Shown here: positions 17,932 to 27,174 of the stretch, one piece after another | How the letters are laid out: each line of letters starts with the position of its first letter | How positions within the stretch are numbered: the stretch's first letter is position 1 | Origin: Bdellovibrionales bacterium | GTDB taxonomy: Bacteria; Bdellovibrionota; Bdellovibrionia; Bdellovibrionales; UBA840 | Assembly (NCBI GenBank): GCA_037969075.1 | Contig: JBBKWS010000103.1 | Coordinates: 1 to 35,360 of the forward strand | DNA length: 35,360 nt | Direction: 5' to 3' | Notes under the pieces: model-generated | Database searches by the model: none | Told to the model about the DNA's origin: nothing | The model's input: the letters and a program-made list of their open reading frames with translations, nothing else | Made by a program: the position numbers and the translations under genes

Positions 17932-18756
17932 TTAAAATTGAAAAGAAAGACTTGATGTGATGCCTAAATAAGCATTCTCTTCGTAGTAGTATTTGGGCTC
18001 AAAGCGAAGAGCAAATGAGGAGAACTTATATACAAGACCACCTGCAAATACTCCACCTACTTTAGCACTTGCTACTGGCACTAACTTTGGACCGCCGCCA
18101 ATTTCTTGCACTAAGTCAACATCAGTATAGCCGAAGGCCAAACCTGCACCTACGAATGCTGTTAACTTTCTGTTTAAGAAACTTGCTATGGGATATAGAA
18201 GGGATACATCACCAAGGATAACAAAACCCTCTGGTGCATTTTGCGAAATCTTAGAATAAAATTGTGGCACCTCTAAGGAATAAAGAACATTCATACTTAA
18301 CAATGTCGAGCCATCAAAAAATGAAAATGGAGTGGTGAGTACACCCCCAATAAAATTAGTTTGTGAGTTACCAGTAAAACCGCCAACCGTATCTTCAAAA
18401 CCCACCATAGCGTAAGTTAGCCCAATATGAGTAGAACCAAAAAATGGTCGATCCTTGTCTTTTTCTTCATTATTACTACCTGGGAAAAAACTATCAGCAC
18501 CCGCTTTTGCATTATCAGGCCTTACATCAATATCTGAGATGTACCCAATAACACCCTGATTAAAGCGAACTTTATAAAATGCACCAAATAATTTATTGGA
18601 TAGACTGACTTTTTTACCAGCACTAAAATATCCTAGTATTGGAGCATCAAAACTTGGACCTTTATAAACGATAGCACCCTCAGTTACTACACTACCTTTT
18701 TGGGCAGCAAGAACCTGTACACTAAAAAAGAAAATCAAAAGAAGCCATTTTATCAT
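17932..18756 (-). CDS. SH3b-like domain fused to an outer-membrane beta-barrel
   Basis: Signal peptide; AIVYKGPSFDAPILG...FYKVRF...GYI SH3-like motif; alternating beta strands ending in C-terminal Phe (SLSFQF). Confidence 0.7.
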   Translation of the reverse strand: MIKWLLLIFFFSVQVLAAQKGSVVTEGAIVYKGPSFDAPILGYFSAGKKVSLSNKLFGAFYKVRFNQGVIGYISDIDVRPDNAKAGADSFFPGSNNEEKDKDRPFFGSTHIGLTYAMVGFEDTVGGFTGNSQTNFIGGVLTTPFSFFDGSTLLSMNVLYSLEVPQFYSKISQNAPEGFVILGDVSLLYPIASFLNRKLTAFVGAGLAFGYTDVDLVQEIGGGPKLVPVASAKVGGVFAGGLVYKFSSFALRFEPKYYYEENAYLGITSSLSFQF

Positions 18757-18767
18757 ACTGTAGTTTT

Positions 18768-18796
18768 ATTGTAGTTAGAAGCAGCGTGAATGGCAA
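18768..18796 (-). promoter_or_regulatory. Candidate sigma70-type promoter of the SH3/barrel gene
   Basis: Minus strand TTGCCA-N17-TACAAT, 11 nt before the ATG. Confidence 0.55.
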
Positions 18797-19216
18797 CTAG
18801 GTGTTAGCAGATTTATTATCATTGCCGTACAAAGACTTTTGAATCTTACGTCTTGGTATTTGCTCGTACTGCTTTGTAGACAATAAGAAGTTCGCAGAGT
18901 TTTTTCTATCTAGCATAAAGTTCTTAACCTTTTCTGCAGCCATTTCTGGGTTTTTTAAGTAAACAACTGGATCAAAGCCACAGTATTTGCATACAATAGC
19001 TAAGCGCCAACGTAAATTAGAGAAGATCTCTACCATTACTCCGAGCATTACCCAAAAAAGTAAGAGTCTCGGGTCTAGTTGTTGCCAAAAAATAAAACTT
19101 AGAAGCACACTTGGTATCAATAAAAATACGATATCTAAAATCTGAATATGTTTTTTAGAGACATACGTTCTTTCATTTCTACAATAAGAACAAAAACAAG
19201 TTTGCTTTTTCGCCAT
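18797..19216 (-). CDS. Two-TM membrane protein with Cys pairs (putative zinc binding)
   Basis: CFCSYC before and CKYC after a TM hairpin. Confidence 0.75.
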   Translation of the reverse strand: MAKKQTCFCSYCRNERTYVSKKHIQILDIVFLLIPSVLLSFIFWQQLDPRLLLFWVMLGVMVEIFSNLRWRLAIVCKYCGFDPVVYLKNPEMAAEKVKNFMLDRKNSANFLLSTKQYEQIPRRKIQKSLYGNDNKSANT

Positions 19217-19331
19217 ATAATAACTCTAACAAGCATTTTGGTTTTTAAGAAGGCCAGTTGCACTTGACCTTGGACTAGAATATATCAATCTTAGTCTATG
19301 AAATTCAGGTAAACTGTTTCAAAATATAAGT

Positions 19332-19964
19332 ATGACTAAATTAATACTAATTTTAACAAGCGTCTTCTTTACCATTAACCTTCACGCACAGGAGTCTGAG
19401 GATACCTATTCTTACGACACCATCGTTGACCAACTCAATACAAACCGTGTGGAAGAACCTCAGGACTTTGGCGATCCTTATAAAAATGTAAAATTTCATG
19501 TTGGCGCAGGCTTTTCACAAAGTATCTTAAATGTTAAATCTGCTGGATCATCTGATGCGGTTACGATTAGTGGTATTGAAATTAAGTTTGGTATTAACTT
19601 AATGAGTCCTCAATGGATTGCAGAGGGTACTCTAAGAAATTACAATGACTCAAGGTCAAATGGCACAAGCTACCAGCTTCGTGAGTTTGAAGGTAAGATC
19701 GTAAATACAAATTTATATGCAAAAAACTTATTCTACCGAGTTGGCAGTGGAATCGCTGCAAGAAATTTAACAACAAACATTGAGAACAGAGACGTCAAAA
19801 AAAGATACACTACCCCTTCATTAATCTTGATGGCCGGAAGTGGCATGCAACTAACTAACCATATAGCTGTGGTTGGAGATGTGGCATTTAAAACTAGCAT
19901 TGTTAACGATACAGTTGACAAAAATACGTTAGATTTTACACTCCGCTTAGACACTAGCTTTTAG
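19332..19964 (+). CDS. Probable small outer-membrane beta-barrel protein
   Basis: Signal peptide ending LHA; amphipathic strands; C-terminal LRLDTSF. Confidence 0.7.
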   Translation: MTKLILILTSVFFTINLHAQESEDTYSYDTIVDQLNTNRVEEPQDFGDPYKNVKFHVGAGFSQSILNVKSAGSSDAVTISGIEIKFGINLMSPQWIAEGTLRNYNDSRSNGTSYQLREFEGKIVNTNLYAKNLFYRVGSGIAARNLTTNIENRDVKKRYTTPSLILMAGSGMQLTNHIAVVGDVAFKTSIVNDTVDKNTLDFTLRLDTSF

Positions 19965-19970
19965 GAGCAT

Positions 19971-20537
19971 ATGCTCAACTTCAATGCAGAGAAATTTTTA
20001 GGTGATATAAAGTACTTAAGTAATTTTGTTCTGCATTATCTCAAAAATCCCGTAGAAGGAATGAAGGCCGCACCTAATCTTGATTGGGGACAGGTTCTGC
20101 TACTACAGGGCTTATTATCTTTGATTAGCGGTGTAATGGCCGGAGTGATATCGCAAAACATCATCTTCATTGTCTGGGGTATATTACTTTTTCCAATCCT
20201 TGCCCTAACTATTAGTTTTTTGGTGAGCTTATCACTGCACTATTTAATTTTATTTTTCTTTCAAAAAGAATTTCCTGTTAGGCAAACTTTTATTCTATTA
20301 GTTTTAGCTAACATTCCTTTTTTAGTACTAAGGATCCTGTCCCCGCTCTTTAACACGGTTGATTTAGTGGGATTTATTCTTGTAGGATTTTTATTAGTTG
20401 TGGGAATTGTTGAAAATTATAAATTAGAAAAAAGAAAAGTTATTAAACTCGTATTTTACTTTATTTTATTTATCTGCCTGTCTTGGTTAGCCCAATATGG
20501 TTATTCTTTAAAGCAAGATTGGACTAGATTTTCTTAA
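19971..20537 (+). CDS. Yip1-like membrane protein
   Basis: YLKNPVEG followed by about five TM helices; ANIP motif; RBS AGGAG. Confidence 0.65.
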   Translation: MLNFNAEKFLGDIKYLSNFVLHYLKNPVEGMKAAPNLDWGQVLLLQGLLSLISGVMAGVISQNIIFIVWGILLFPILALTISFLVSLSLHYLILFFFQKEFPVRQTFILLVLANIPFLVLRILSPLFNTVDLVGFILVGFLLVVGIVENYKLEKRKVIKLVFYFILFICLSWLAQYGYSLKQDWTRFS

Positions 20538-20545
20538 TCTACTAT

Positions 20546-21055
20546 TTACTGTTGCTCACAAACCTCAACAAGATTTCTTTTTCTATGATTGTATCTGTTT
20601 TCATTTGTATTCCAAATTCTTGAAGAGCTATCGTAGCTAATCTTTAAGATCTGGCCTGTTTTAAAATAGATAGTTTTTGTGCGACCTTCAGCCCAAAGAA
20701 ATGGGTTCTCAGTATTATTTAGATAAATGTTTTTCTGTAACATACTTTCAAGTTTACCAGCAAAACAAGTGGCTTTTATATTATTAGAAATCACGAAATC
20801 TTCATCTTTACTATCAAAAGACCGATTTATGCCATCTGCAGTCAGTATAAAGTTTTTGATTGTAGAGTTTCTGTCGGCAATAAATCGATACTCTGTAGCT
20901 TCACTTTCTGTCTGTTGAGATATCTTCAGATTATAGGTGTTAGCCTCTGAGTGACACAAGTAGGTGCCAGAAATCTCAGGACATTCACCTGCAATTGAAA
21001 TATGCGCCCATGAAAAAACAAAAAATGTCAGACTTAAATGAATTAGGTTCCTCAA
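20546..21055 (-). CDS. Secreted hypothetical protein
   Basis: TTG start after GAGGGAGG; signal peptide; CPEISGTYLC N-terminal motif; four Cys. Confidence 0.7.
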   Translation of the reverse strand: MRNLIHLSLTFFVFSWAHISIAGECPEISGTYLCHSEANTYNLKISQQTESEATEYRFIADRNSTIKNFILTADGINRSFDSKDEDFVISNNIKATCFAGKLESMLQKNIYLNNTENPFLWAEGRTKTIYFKTGQILKISYDSSSRIWNTNENRYNHRKRNLVEVCEQQ

Positions 21056-21131
21056 GATATCCTCCCTCTTAGTAAGCTTATATCGCTAAATATAAGGCAA
21101 AGAAATACTACCCGCACAGGAAAAAGTCAAA

Positions 21132-21584
21132 TCACTTTCCCGTAGAGCCAAAACCACCGACTCCTCTAGATGTTTCATCTAGATTTGCAACCTGCTGAAA
21201 GTTGGCTTTTACCACGGGGCACAAAACGAGTTGTGCGATTCTTTCTTGGTCTTTGATTTCAAACGGTTCGTTGCCTTGATTGATTAAAATGATTTTTACT
21301 TCCCCTCTGTAATCTGCATCGATGGTGCCGGGGCTATTTACTAACGAGATCCCGTGCTTTATGGCTAAACCACTTCGAGGACGAGCTTGGATCTCATAGT
21401 TAGAAGGAATGGCAAACGCAAGACCTGTAGGAATTAAAGCTCTTTCACCTGGCTTAATAGTCACACTGCTCTCAAGCCTTGCTCTTACATCAAAGCCACT
21501 GGCTCCATCTGTTGCATAAGCAGGTAAATCACCTTTAAAATGCTCTAGAGTTTGCACTTTTAAATCAACATTTGTCCATTCCAT
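21132..21584 (-). CDS. dut: dUTP diphosphatase
   Basis: GFDV; RPRSGLA; GTIDADYRGE; RIAQL; RGVGGFGSTG. Confidence 0.97.
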   Translation of the reverse strand: MEWTNVDLKVQTLEHFKGDLPAYATDGASGFDVRARLESSVTIKPGERALIPTGLAFAIPSNYEIQARPRSGLAIKHGISLVNSPGTIDADYRGEVKIILINQGNEPFEIKDQERIAQLVLCPVVKANFQQVANLDETSRGVGGFGSTGK

Positions 21585-21592
21585 AAAAATTC

Positions 21593-22048
21593 CTATATCG
21601 TTTTATACATTATAAAATGCGGTCCTACTTTTGTTTCAAACTCATTCCCTACTTCTTTAAAGCCCAATTTTTGGTAAAATGGCAATGCATAGGTTCTTGC
21701 GTTACACCATATAGCTTTATAGGCGGGATCTAGAAGGTTTTTATCTATTATAGAACGTATTAAAAAATTTCCCACACCCTTGCCCTGCTTACTTTCTATA
21801 ACAGCCATGCCCCTTAGTTGTACCCAGCTGTTTTTTTTAAAGTCTAAAAAAAGAAGATCTTCTGGTACCTCAGTAGTGGCACGCATGGTAACTACTGCGA
21901 TAATAATTTCTGCCTCCACTACTGCAAAATGTTTCGTGGTGGCTAAGTCATCATCAGAAAAAATAGCCTCTTTTCTATCTAAGCCTGGTCGTAAAATTTT
22001 GTGCCTTAGCGGTAATACCTCGCTAGAACTAATGACTTTGATTTGCAT
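21593..22048 (-). CDS. GNAT N-acetyltransferase
   Basis: LRHKILRP; QLRGMAV...QGKGVG; WCNAR...FYQKLGF. Start placed at ATG 22048. Confidence 0.9.
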   Translation of the reverse strand: MQIKVISSSEVLPLRHKILRPGLDRKEAIFSDDDLATTKHFAVVEAEIIIAVVTMRATTEVPEDLLFLDFKKNSWVQLRGMAVIESKQGKGVGNFLIRSIIDKNLLDPAYKAIWCNARTYALPFYQKLGFKEVGNEFETKVGPHFIMYKTI

Positions 22049-23036
22049 GGAGCCCTCTAAGTAAGTCCAACACAACTGTATGCCCCTGATAAATCATCGC
22101 CGTATATATTTGAACAAGGCTTGCACCATTTTTTAGCCGCCAAATAATTTCATCGCTCGAATCAACGCCACCAACACTAATGATTGGCAAACTCGTATAT
22201 CTTTTTGCCCTTAAGAGCATCTCACGAGATGGGATTCGAAGCAGCTCTCCGCTAATCCCGCCAGTTTTAAATCTATCACCTAATTTTTTATCCGTCCCAA
22301 CTGATAATGTGTTGGTTAAAATTACTCCATGAAATTTAAGATCATCAATCGCTTGTAAAATATCTTTTAATTCTTCGTCTTCAAGTTCTGGCGCAAGCTT
22401 TACAAAAACAGGCTTATCGGTTTTAACCGATTGCCTTACTTGTTCTAAAAAAGAAACCGATTGTAGATCCCTAAGCCCTGGAGTGTTAGGGGAAGAAATA
22501 TTAATAACCATATAATCCGCAAGATCTTGTAAACCATCAGAGCAAATTTGATAATCAATCGCCGCTAATTCGTTAGGACTTACTTTATTTTTACCAATAT
22601 TAATGCCTAATTTTACTTTGGTTTTCATTTTAGCTTTTTGCTGTAAAATATTAGCCCGCATGGCCTCATGCCCATAGTTGTTAAACCCTAAACGATTTAC
22701 TAGCGATTGCTTTTGGGGAAGTCTAAATATACGCGGTTTAGGGTTACCTGACTGCGCCAGAGGCGTAACGGTGCCCACCTCTAAAAAACTAAAGCCAATA
22801 TGTGATAAAAGCTCAATGAGTTCGGCGTTTTTATCAAAGCCCGCAGCAAGACCTATAGGGTGCGAAAAATCTAAACCCGCCACCTGGATAGGCTTAATCG
22901 ACTTGAACTCTTCATACTGTATTTCAAATTTTTTATAATACTTCATCGATTGCAAACGCTTACCAACCATAAAAGCTAGCTGATGTGCCGTCTCAGGTGG
23001 CAGAAGTAATAATAAGGACTGCAAACGCTTAAACAT
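22029..23036 (-). CDS. pyrD: Dihydroorotate dehydrogenase (quinone, class 2)
   Basis: GLAAGFDKN; GNPKPR; NRLGFNN; NISSPNTPGLR; LVQIYT. Confidence 0.96.
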   Translation of the reverse strand: MFKRLQSLLLLLPPETAHQLAFMVGKRLQSMKYYKKFEIQYEEFKSIKPIQVAGLDFSHPIGLAAGFDKNAELIELLSHIGFSFLEVGTVTPLAQSGNPKPRIFRLPQKQSLVNRLGFNNYGHEAMRANILQQKAKMKTKVKLGINIGKNKVSPNELAAIDYQICSDGLQDLADYMVINISSPNTPGLRDLQSVSFLEQVRQSVKTDKPVFVKLAPELEDEELKDILQAIDDLKFHGVILTNTLSVGTDKKLGDRFKTGGISGELLRIPSREMLLRAKRYTSLPIISVGGVDSSDEIIWRLKNGASLVQIYTAMIYQGHTVVLDLLRGLHANQSH

Positions 23037-23086
23037 TGGCTCTCAAAATAGTATACCGATACTATGAAAACAAGTAGAATTGCACT

Positions 23087-23806
23087 ATGGTAGAAGTAAG
23101 TATCCTCCCCATTTTTACAGATAACTATGTGTTTATTATGCATAATACTACCCACGCCATCATCGTTGACCCAGGGGACGCTAAGCCTGTTCTTGATTTT
23201 TTAAACACTCGCAAGCTAATACCCGTTGCTATTCTTATCACTCATCACCACCCAGATCATATAGGTGGCGCTTCTAGTATATTGCAAAAATATCAGATTC
23301 CAGTTTATTGCTCTCAATATGATCAAAAACGCATCCCTCTTGCAGATCACTTTTTAAAAGAAGGAGACTCGCTTGAGTTTCTTGATTTAAAATTTACTGT
23401 TTTAGACATTAAAGGGCATACATTAGGGCATATAGCTTATCATTGCCCCGAAAAAAATTGGCTTTTTAGCGGTGATACGGTTTTTGGATTGGGCTGTGGC
23501 CGTTTGTTTGAGGGAAATTATAAAGAGATGTGGACCTCACTTCAAAAAATCAAGGCCTTACCTAGCGACACACAAATCTTTTTTACCCACGAATATACAT
23601 TGGCAAACTTAAAATTCAGTAAATCTATAGACACTAAAACGGATTGGACCCAAGTTGAAACCAGTCTTAATAGTAAAAGAGAAAGAGGTACCCCCTCTAC
23701 TCCCTCGCCACTATCTATTGAGTTAGCATACAATTTATTTTTAAAAGCTAAGACGGCAGAAGAGTTTAAAATCCTACGAGAAAGAAAGGACCAGTTCAAT
23801 GGCTAA
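23087..23806 (+). CDS. gloB: Hydroxyacylglutathione hydrolase (glyoxalase II)
   Basis: DNY; VDPG; THHHPDHIGG; GHTLGH; FSGDTVFGLGCGRLFEG; HEYT. Confidence 0.95.
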   Translation: MVEVSILPIFTDNYVFIMHNTTHAIIVDPGDAKPVLDFLNTRKLIPVAILITHHHPDHIGGASSILQKYQIPVYCSQYDQKRIPLADHFLKEGDSLEFLDLKFTVLDIKGHTLGHIAYHCPEKNWLFSGDTVFGLGCGRLFEGNYKEMWTSLQKIKALPSDTQIFFTHEYTLANLKFSKSIDTKTDWTQVETSLNSKRERGTPSTPSPLSIELAYNLFLKAKTAEEFKILRERKDQFNG

Positions 23807-24197
23807 TATTCACACATATAACTTAGAAATAAAAGAACACCATCTTGATAGTTTTGGTCATGTAAACCATGCCGTCTATTTAGAAATCTGCGAAGAAGCC
23901 AGGTGGCAATATTGTCTTGAAAATGGCATTAGCTTTGAAGATATTCACAGAGAAAATATCGGCCCCATTATCTTAGAAGCCAATATCAAATACAAAAAAG
24001 AAATAAAGAATCGCGAGAAAATCCAAATTCAAACTAGCTTTAAAAAAATTAGAGATACCATTTTTACTATTTATCACAAAATTATAAAAGAAAACGGTCA
24101 AATTGGCGCTGACATTGAAATCAGCGCTGCCATTTGGGATACGAAACAACGAAAAATTATAAGCCCTCCTGCTAAATGGCAGGAGATATTACTGTAA
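23799..24197 (+). CDS. Acyl-CoA thioesterase (hotdog fold, YbgC/4HBT family)
   Basis: LDSFGHVNHAVYLEICEEAR motif. Confidence 0.9.
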   Translation: MANIHTYNLEIKEHHLDSFGHVNHAVYLEICEEARWQYCLENGISFEDIHRENIGPIILEANIKYKKEIKNREKIQIQTSFKKIRDTIFTIYHKIIKENGQIGADIEISAAIWDTKQRKIISPPAKWQEILL

Positions 24198-25667
24198 GGC
24201 TGTTGGATTAGCTTCTATCTTTGCTGACTCTCTTAAGGCCTGTAGCCACTTACGGATGACCATCTGACTTTGCATGTTTTGTGGGCCTTCTGGTTTTACT
24301 AGATCCTGCTTTTTGGCTTTTTCTCTAGCTCCAAACTTAACCACATAGTAATCGTGACCATTTTGTAGAACCTTATTTACATATGGCTTATTAGTTGTAA
24401 GTTTTAAAGACTCCTCAACAAAACCATTCACTTGGCTAAGGGGTCCTAAGTTTTCAGCAGCTAGATCAAATTTTGCTGACTCTACCCATTTTAACTTTAG
24501 AGAGCTTATTAGCTTTTCAGCCTCAGAAGCATTTTCTTCTTTAAGAAATCCATCTAGTTTTTTAATTGTAGACTCAACTTGCTGCTCTTTAACCCATCTC
24601 TCTGCCAATGCAAGTTTTGCCTCTTCAAAAGAAGTCGTCTTCGCCTCTTTTTTATCTTGTACAAGCAGTAAGTGATAACCGAACTCTGTTCTGACTGGCT
24701 GACTAACACTACCCGTGTCTAACTGAAAAGCTGCGTTCTCGAATTCTTTTACCATGGCACCTTTAGAGATATAGCCCAAGTTGCCGCCCTCGTCTTTTGA
24801 GCCAGGATCAGTAGAGTACTTTTTTGCAATGCTAGCAAAATTTTGCGGCGTAGTCTCTTTACGTACCTTTTCAATCTCTTCTTTAGCGGCATCCCAATTA
24901 TCATCTTTTGGTTGAATCAAAATATGGCTAACTTTTACCTTTTCTTCTTGTTGATATAGCTTTTGATTAAGGGCGTACAAATCTTTAAGCTTAGTCTCCA
25001 TTTCTTTGTCATTAGCAATGCTTTGAACTTGAGTTTGACTTGCAGTAGCTGAGGTAGCTAGCAGGTTTTTATTAATAGAAATGTACTTTACTTGCAGAAG
25101 TACTGACCCAGCCTCTTCTTCTTTCTTTTTTTGCAAGCTAGACTCTACAATCGATCTACGAAATAGATCATTCACTTTAGATTCAGCCAATTCTTTGCGT
25201 AGTTGCCCCTCAAATTGCGCAGCTGTCATGCGCTGATTACGTAGAAAGTAGTCATACGCATCTTTATTAAACACGCCATTTTGTTGAAAGTAAGGAAGGC
25301 TAAGTATTGTGTGCACCAACTCATCTTTAGTTACATGCAGCCCAGACTTTGTTGCCGCTTGTGCCATCAATTCTTGAGAAACTAACGACTGCAACGCTTG
25401 CATCGTAGCCTGTTGGCGTTGCTCAAGCGTGTTGCCATAGTCTTTGCCGTAAAACATAGAGTTTACGCGAATTACCTGGTCTGTAGCCATTTTAAGCTCT
25501 GTAATGCTGATAATCTTGTCATTAACACTAGCTGCATATCCAGAGTTGCCACTAGAGCCACCAAAGTTAGCATCAGACATGAATACGAAGACTATACAAA
25601 TCATACCCAAGATTATGTATACAAATAAAGACTTACGACGTTTTGGGTTTGTAAATATATCGAACAT
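24189..25667 (-). CDS. Membrane-anchored PpiD/SurA-like parvulin peptidyl-prolyl isomerase
   Basis: N-terminal TM; SurA-N-like AASVNDKII; parvulin motifs SHILI, KYSTDPGSKDEGGNLG and PVRTEFGYHL. Confidence 0.88.
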   Translation of the reverse strand: MFDIFTNPKRRKSLFVYIILGMICIVFVFMSDANFGGSSGNSGYAASVNDKIISITELKMATDQVIRVNSMFYGKDYGNTLEQRQQATMQALQSLVSQELMAQAATKSGLHVTKDELVHTILSLPYFQQNGVFNKDAYDYFLRNQRMTAAQFEGQLRKELAESKVNDLFRRSIVESSLQKKKEEEAGSVLLQVKYISINKNLLATSATASQTQVQSIANDKEMETKLKDLYALNQKLYQQEEKVKVSHILIQPKDDNWDAAKEEIEKVRKETTPQNFASIAKKYSTDPGSKDEGGNLGYISKGAMVKEFENAAFQLDTGSVSQPVRTEFGYHLLLVQDKKEAKTTSFEEAKLALAERWVKEQQVESTIKKLDGFLKEENASEAEKLISSLKLKWVESAKFDLAAENLGPLSQVNGFVEESLKLTTNKPYVNKVLQNGHDYYVVKFGAREKAKKQDLVKPEGPQNMQSQMVIRKWLQALRESAKIEANPTALQ

Positions 25668-25801
25668 TCTTCCTCCAAATGAAGCCTTTGCATTTCACAA
25701 AAATTACGTCAAAAGAGCAAGTGAATTGCCAGCTAACGCAAAGAGCAAAGACTTTCTTTCCATTCATAAAAAACGTTAACTATAGGTATAGGAGAAACAA
25801 C

Positions 25802-26641
25802 TTGAATTTCTTTCGCTTTGATCTCAAAAAATTGTTTATTTTTGCGCTGCTTATTTTACTACCTGTATTTTCACTAAGCTTGTTAAAGCCTGGGGATAGA
25901 CTATGGATTTTTAGACCCTTAGGAAATGTAACTGGTTTTGTGCAAAGCCTATTTGTAAGCTTTTCTGAAACGATTCAAGACACAACCGGCAAATATTTAT
26001 ATCTCGTAGATATCAATAAAGAGATAGCTAGTCTAAAAAATGAAAATGCAAAACTAAAAGCAGAAGTAATGCGTTTTACTGAAGTCGAAAAAGAGAATGG
26101 TCGTTTAAATAATATTTTACAATTCACCCAAAGTGCCGACATGAAGTTAGTTTCGGCCCAAGTAATCGGTATAGATATTTTTGCTGAGCGTGCCAGCATC
26201 AGAATCAACCGAGGAACCAACGATGGAGTTCAAAAGGGCCAAGCTGTAATTACAAAAGAGGCTGCTGTTGGTTACATATTAGAGGCAAGTGACACAACAT
26301 CACTCATCTTAGTGTTAACGGACCGTTATGCGGTGATTGATGCTATTATTCAAAATTCACGTGCTCGAGGTATCGTCGAAGGCAGCGGTCCAGATTCGTG
26401 TTTATTAAAGTACCTGCAACGTTCCGATGAAGTGCAAATTGGTGATATTGTAGTCACTAGTGGCCTAGACAATATCTTTCCTAAAGGCTTACCTATTGCG
26501 AGAGTAAAAAACGTTTCTAGACGCAAATCAGAAATTAGCCCAACCATCGAATTAATGCCCATGGTAGACGTTAGCCGACTTGATGAAGTTTTTGTGGTCC
26601 ACACTGTTGTTAATCAGGCTGCTGAGGCGAGCCTACAATGA
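25802..26641 (+). CDS. mreC: Rod shape-determining protein MreC
   Basis: Coiled coil ENAKL...ENGRL; INRGTNDGV; GDIVVTSGLDNIFPKGLPI. TTG 25802 follows AGGAGA. Confidence 0.95.
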   Translation: MNFFRFDLKKLFIFALLILLPVFSLSLLKPGDRLWIFRPLGNVTGFVQSLFVSFSETIQDTTGKYLYLVDINKEIASLKNENAKLKAEVMRFTEVEKENGRLNNILQFTQSADMKLVSAQVIGIDIFAERASIRINRGTNDGVQKGQAVITKEAAVGYILEASDTTSLILVLTDRYAVIDAIIQNSRARGIVEGSGPDSCLLKYLQRSDEVQIGDIVVTSGLDNIFPKGLPIARVKNVSRRKSEISPTIELMPMVDVSRLDEVFVVHTVVNQAAEASLQ

Positions 26642-27174
26642 CAGAAAATCGCTCCCTCTATTTAAACATACTATTACACTTTTTGTTTTTATGGTTTTTG
26701 ACAGCCATACAAAGCGGTCTTTGGTATAAACTTTTAGGAGGCTTCCCTCCTCCATTCTTTTGGGTACTTTTTTTATCTTATATCTCTATTTACAGAAAAG
26801 CCAAGGACCTAATTCTACTAGGGGGCGTCGGATTTTTTCTACTTATGCATTTCACAGTCGCTCCCTATGCACTGGTATTTTTAATTTCATTTATTCTCAT
26901 CTTACTTTTACAAAAGGCAAAACACCGAATATTCTGGCCAGGACCGACCTACTATTTAGCCGCTAGCTCTGTTGCAAGCTTTGCCTTTATCCTACTGTAT
27001 TATTTTATCTCTTGGAGTTTTGAAGAAACTGGTTTTGCTAAGGTTCGCTGGCTATTTTTATTTTTGCAGTGGCTTTTAACATCTTTAATCTCGCCATTTT
27101 TATATTTTCTATACCAATACATAGATAAGTGGACTGGCAAAGAGCAAATTATACCTATGGAAGATATGCTATGA
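26638..27174 (+). CDS. mreD: Rod shape-determining protein MreD-like
   Basis: Hydrophobic multi-TM protein between mreC and pbp2, with ATGA overlaps at both ends. Confidence 0.7.
   Translation: MTENRSLYLNILLHFLFLWFLTAIQSGLWYKLLGGFPPPFFWVLFLSYISIYRKAKDLILLGGVGFFLLMHFTVAPYALVFLISFILILLLQKAKHRIFWPGPTYYLAASSVASFAFILLYYFISWSFEETGFAKVRWLFLFLQWLLTSLISPFLYFLYQYIDKWTGKEQIIPMEDML

Noticed and set aside
25679..25801. Long N-terminal extensions given by the ORF track (mreC 25679; also gspG 1235, gspK 3717, pbp2 27129, GNAT 22075, repeat protein 9710)
   Set aside because: Downstream starts have better RBS or translational coupling and family-typical N-termini.
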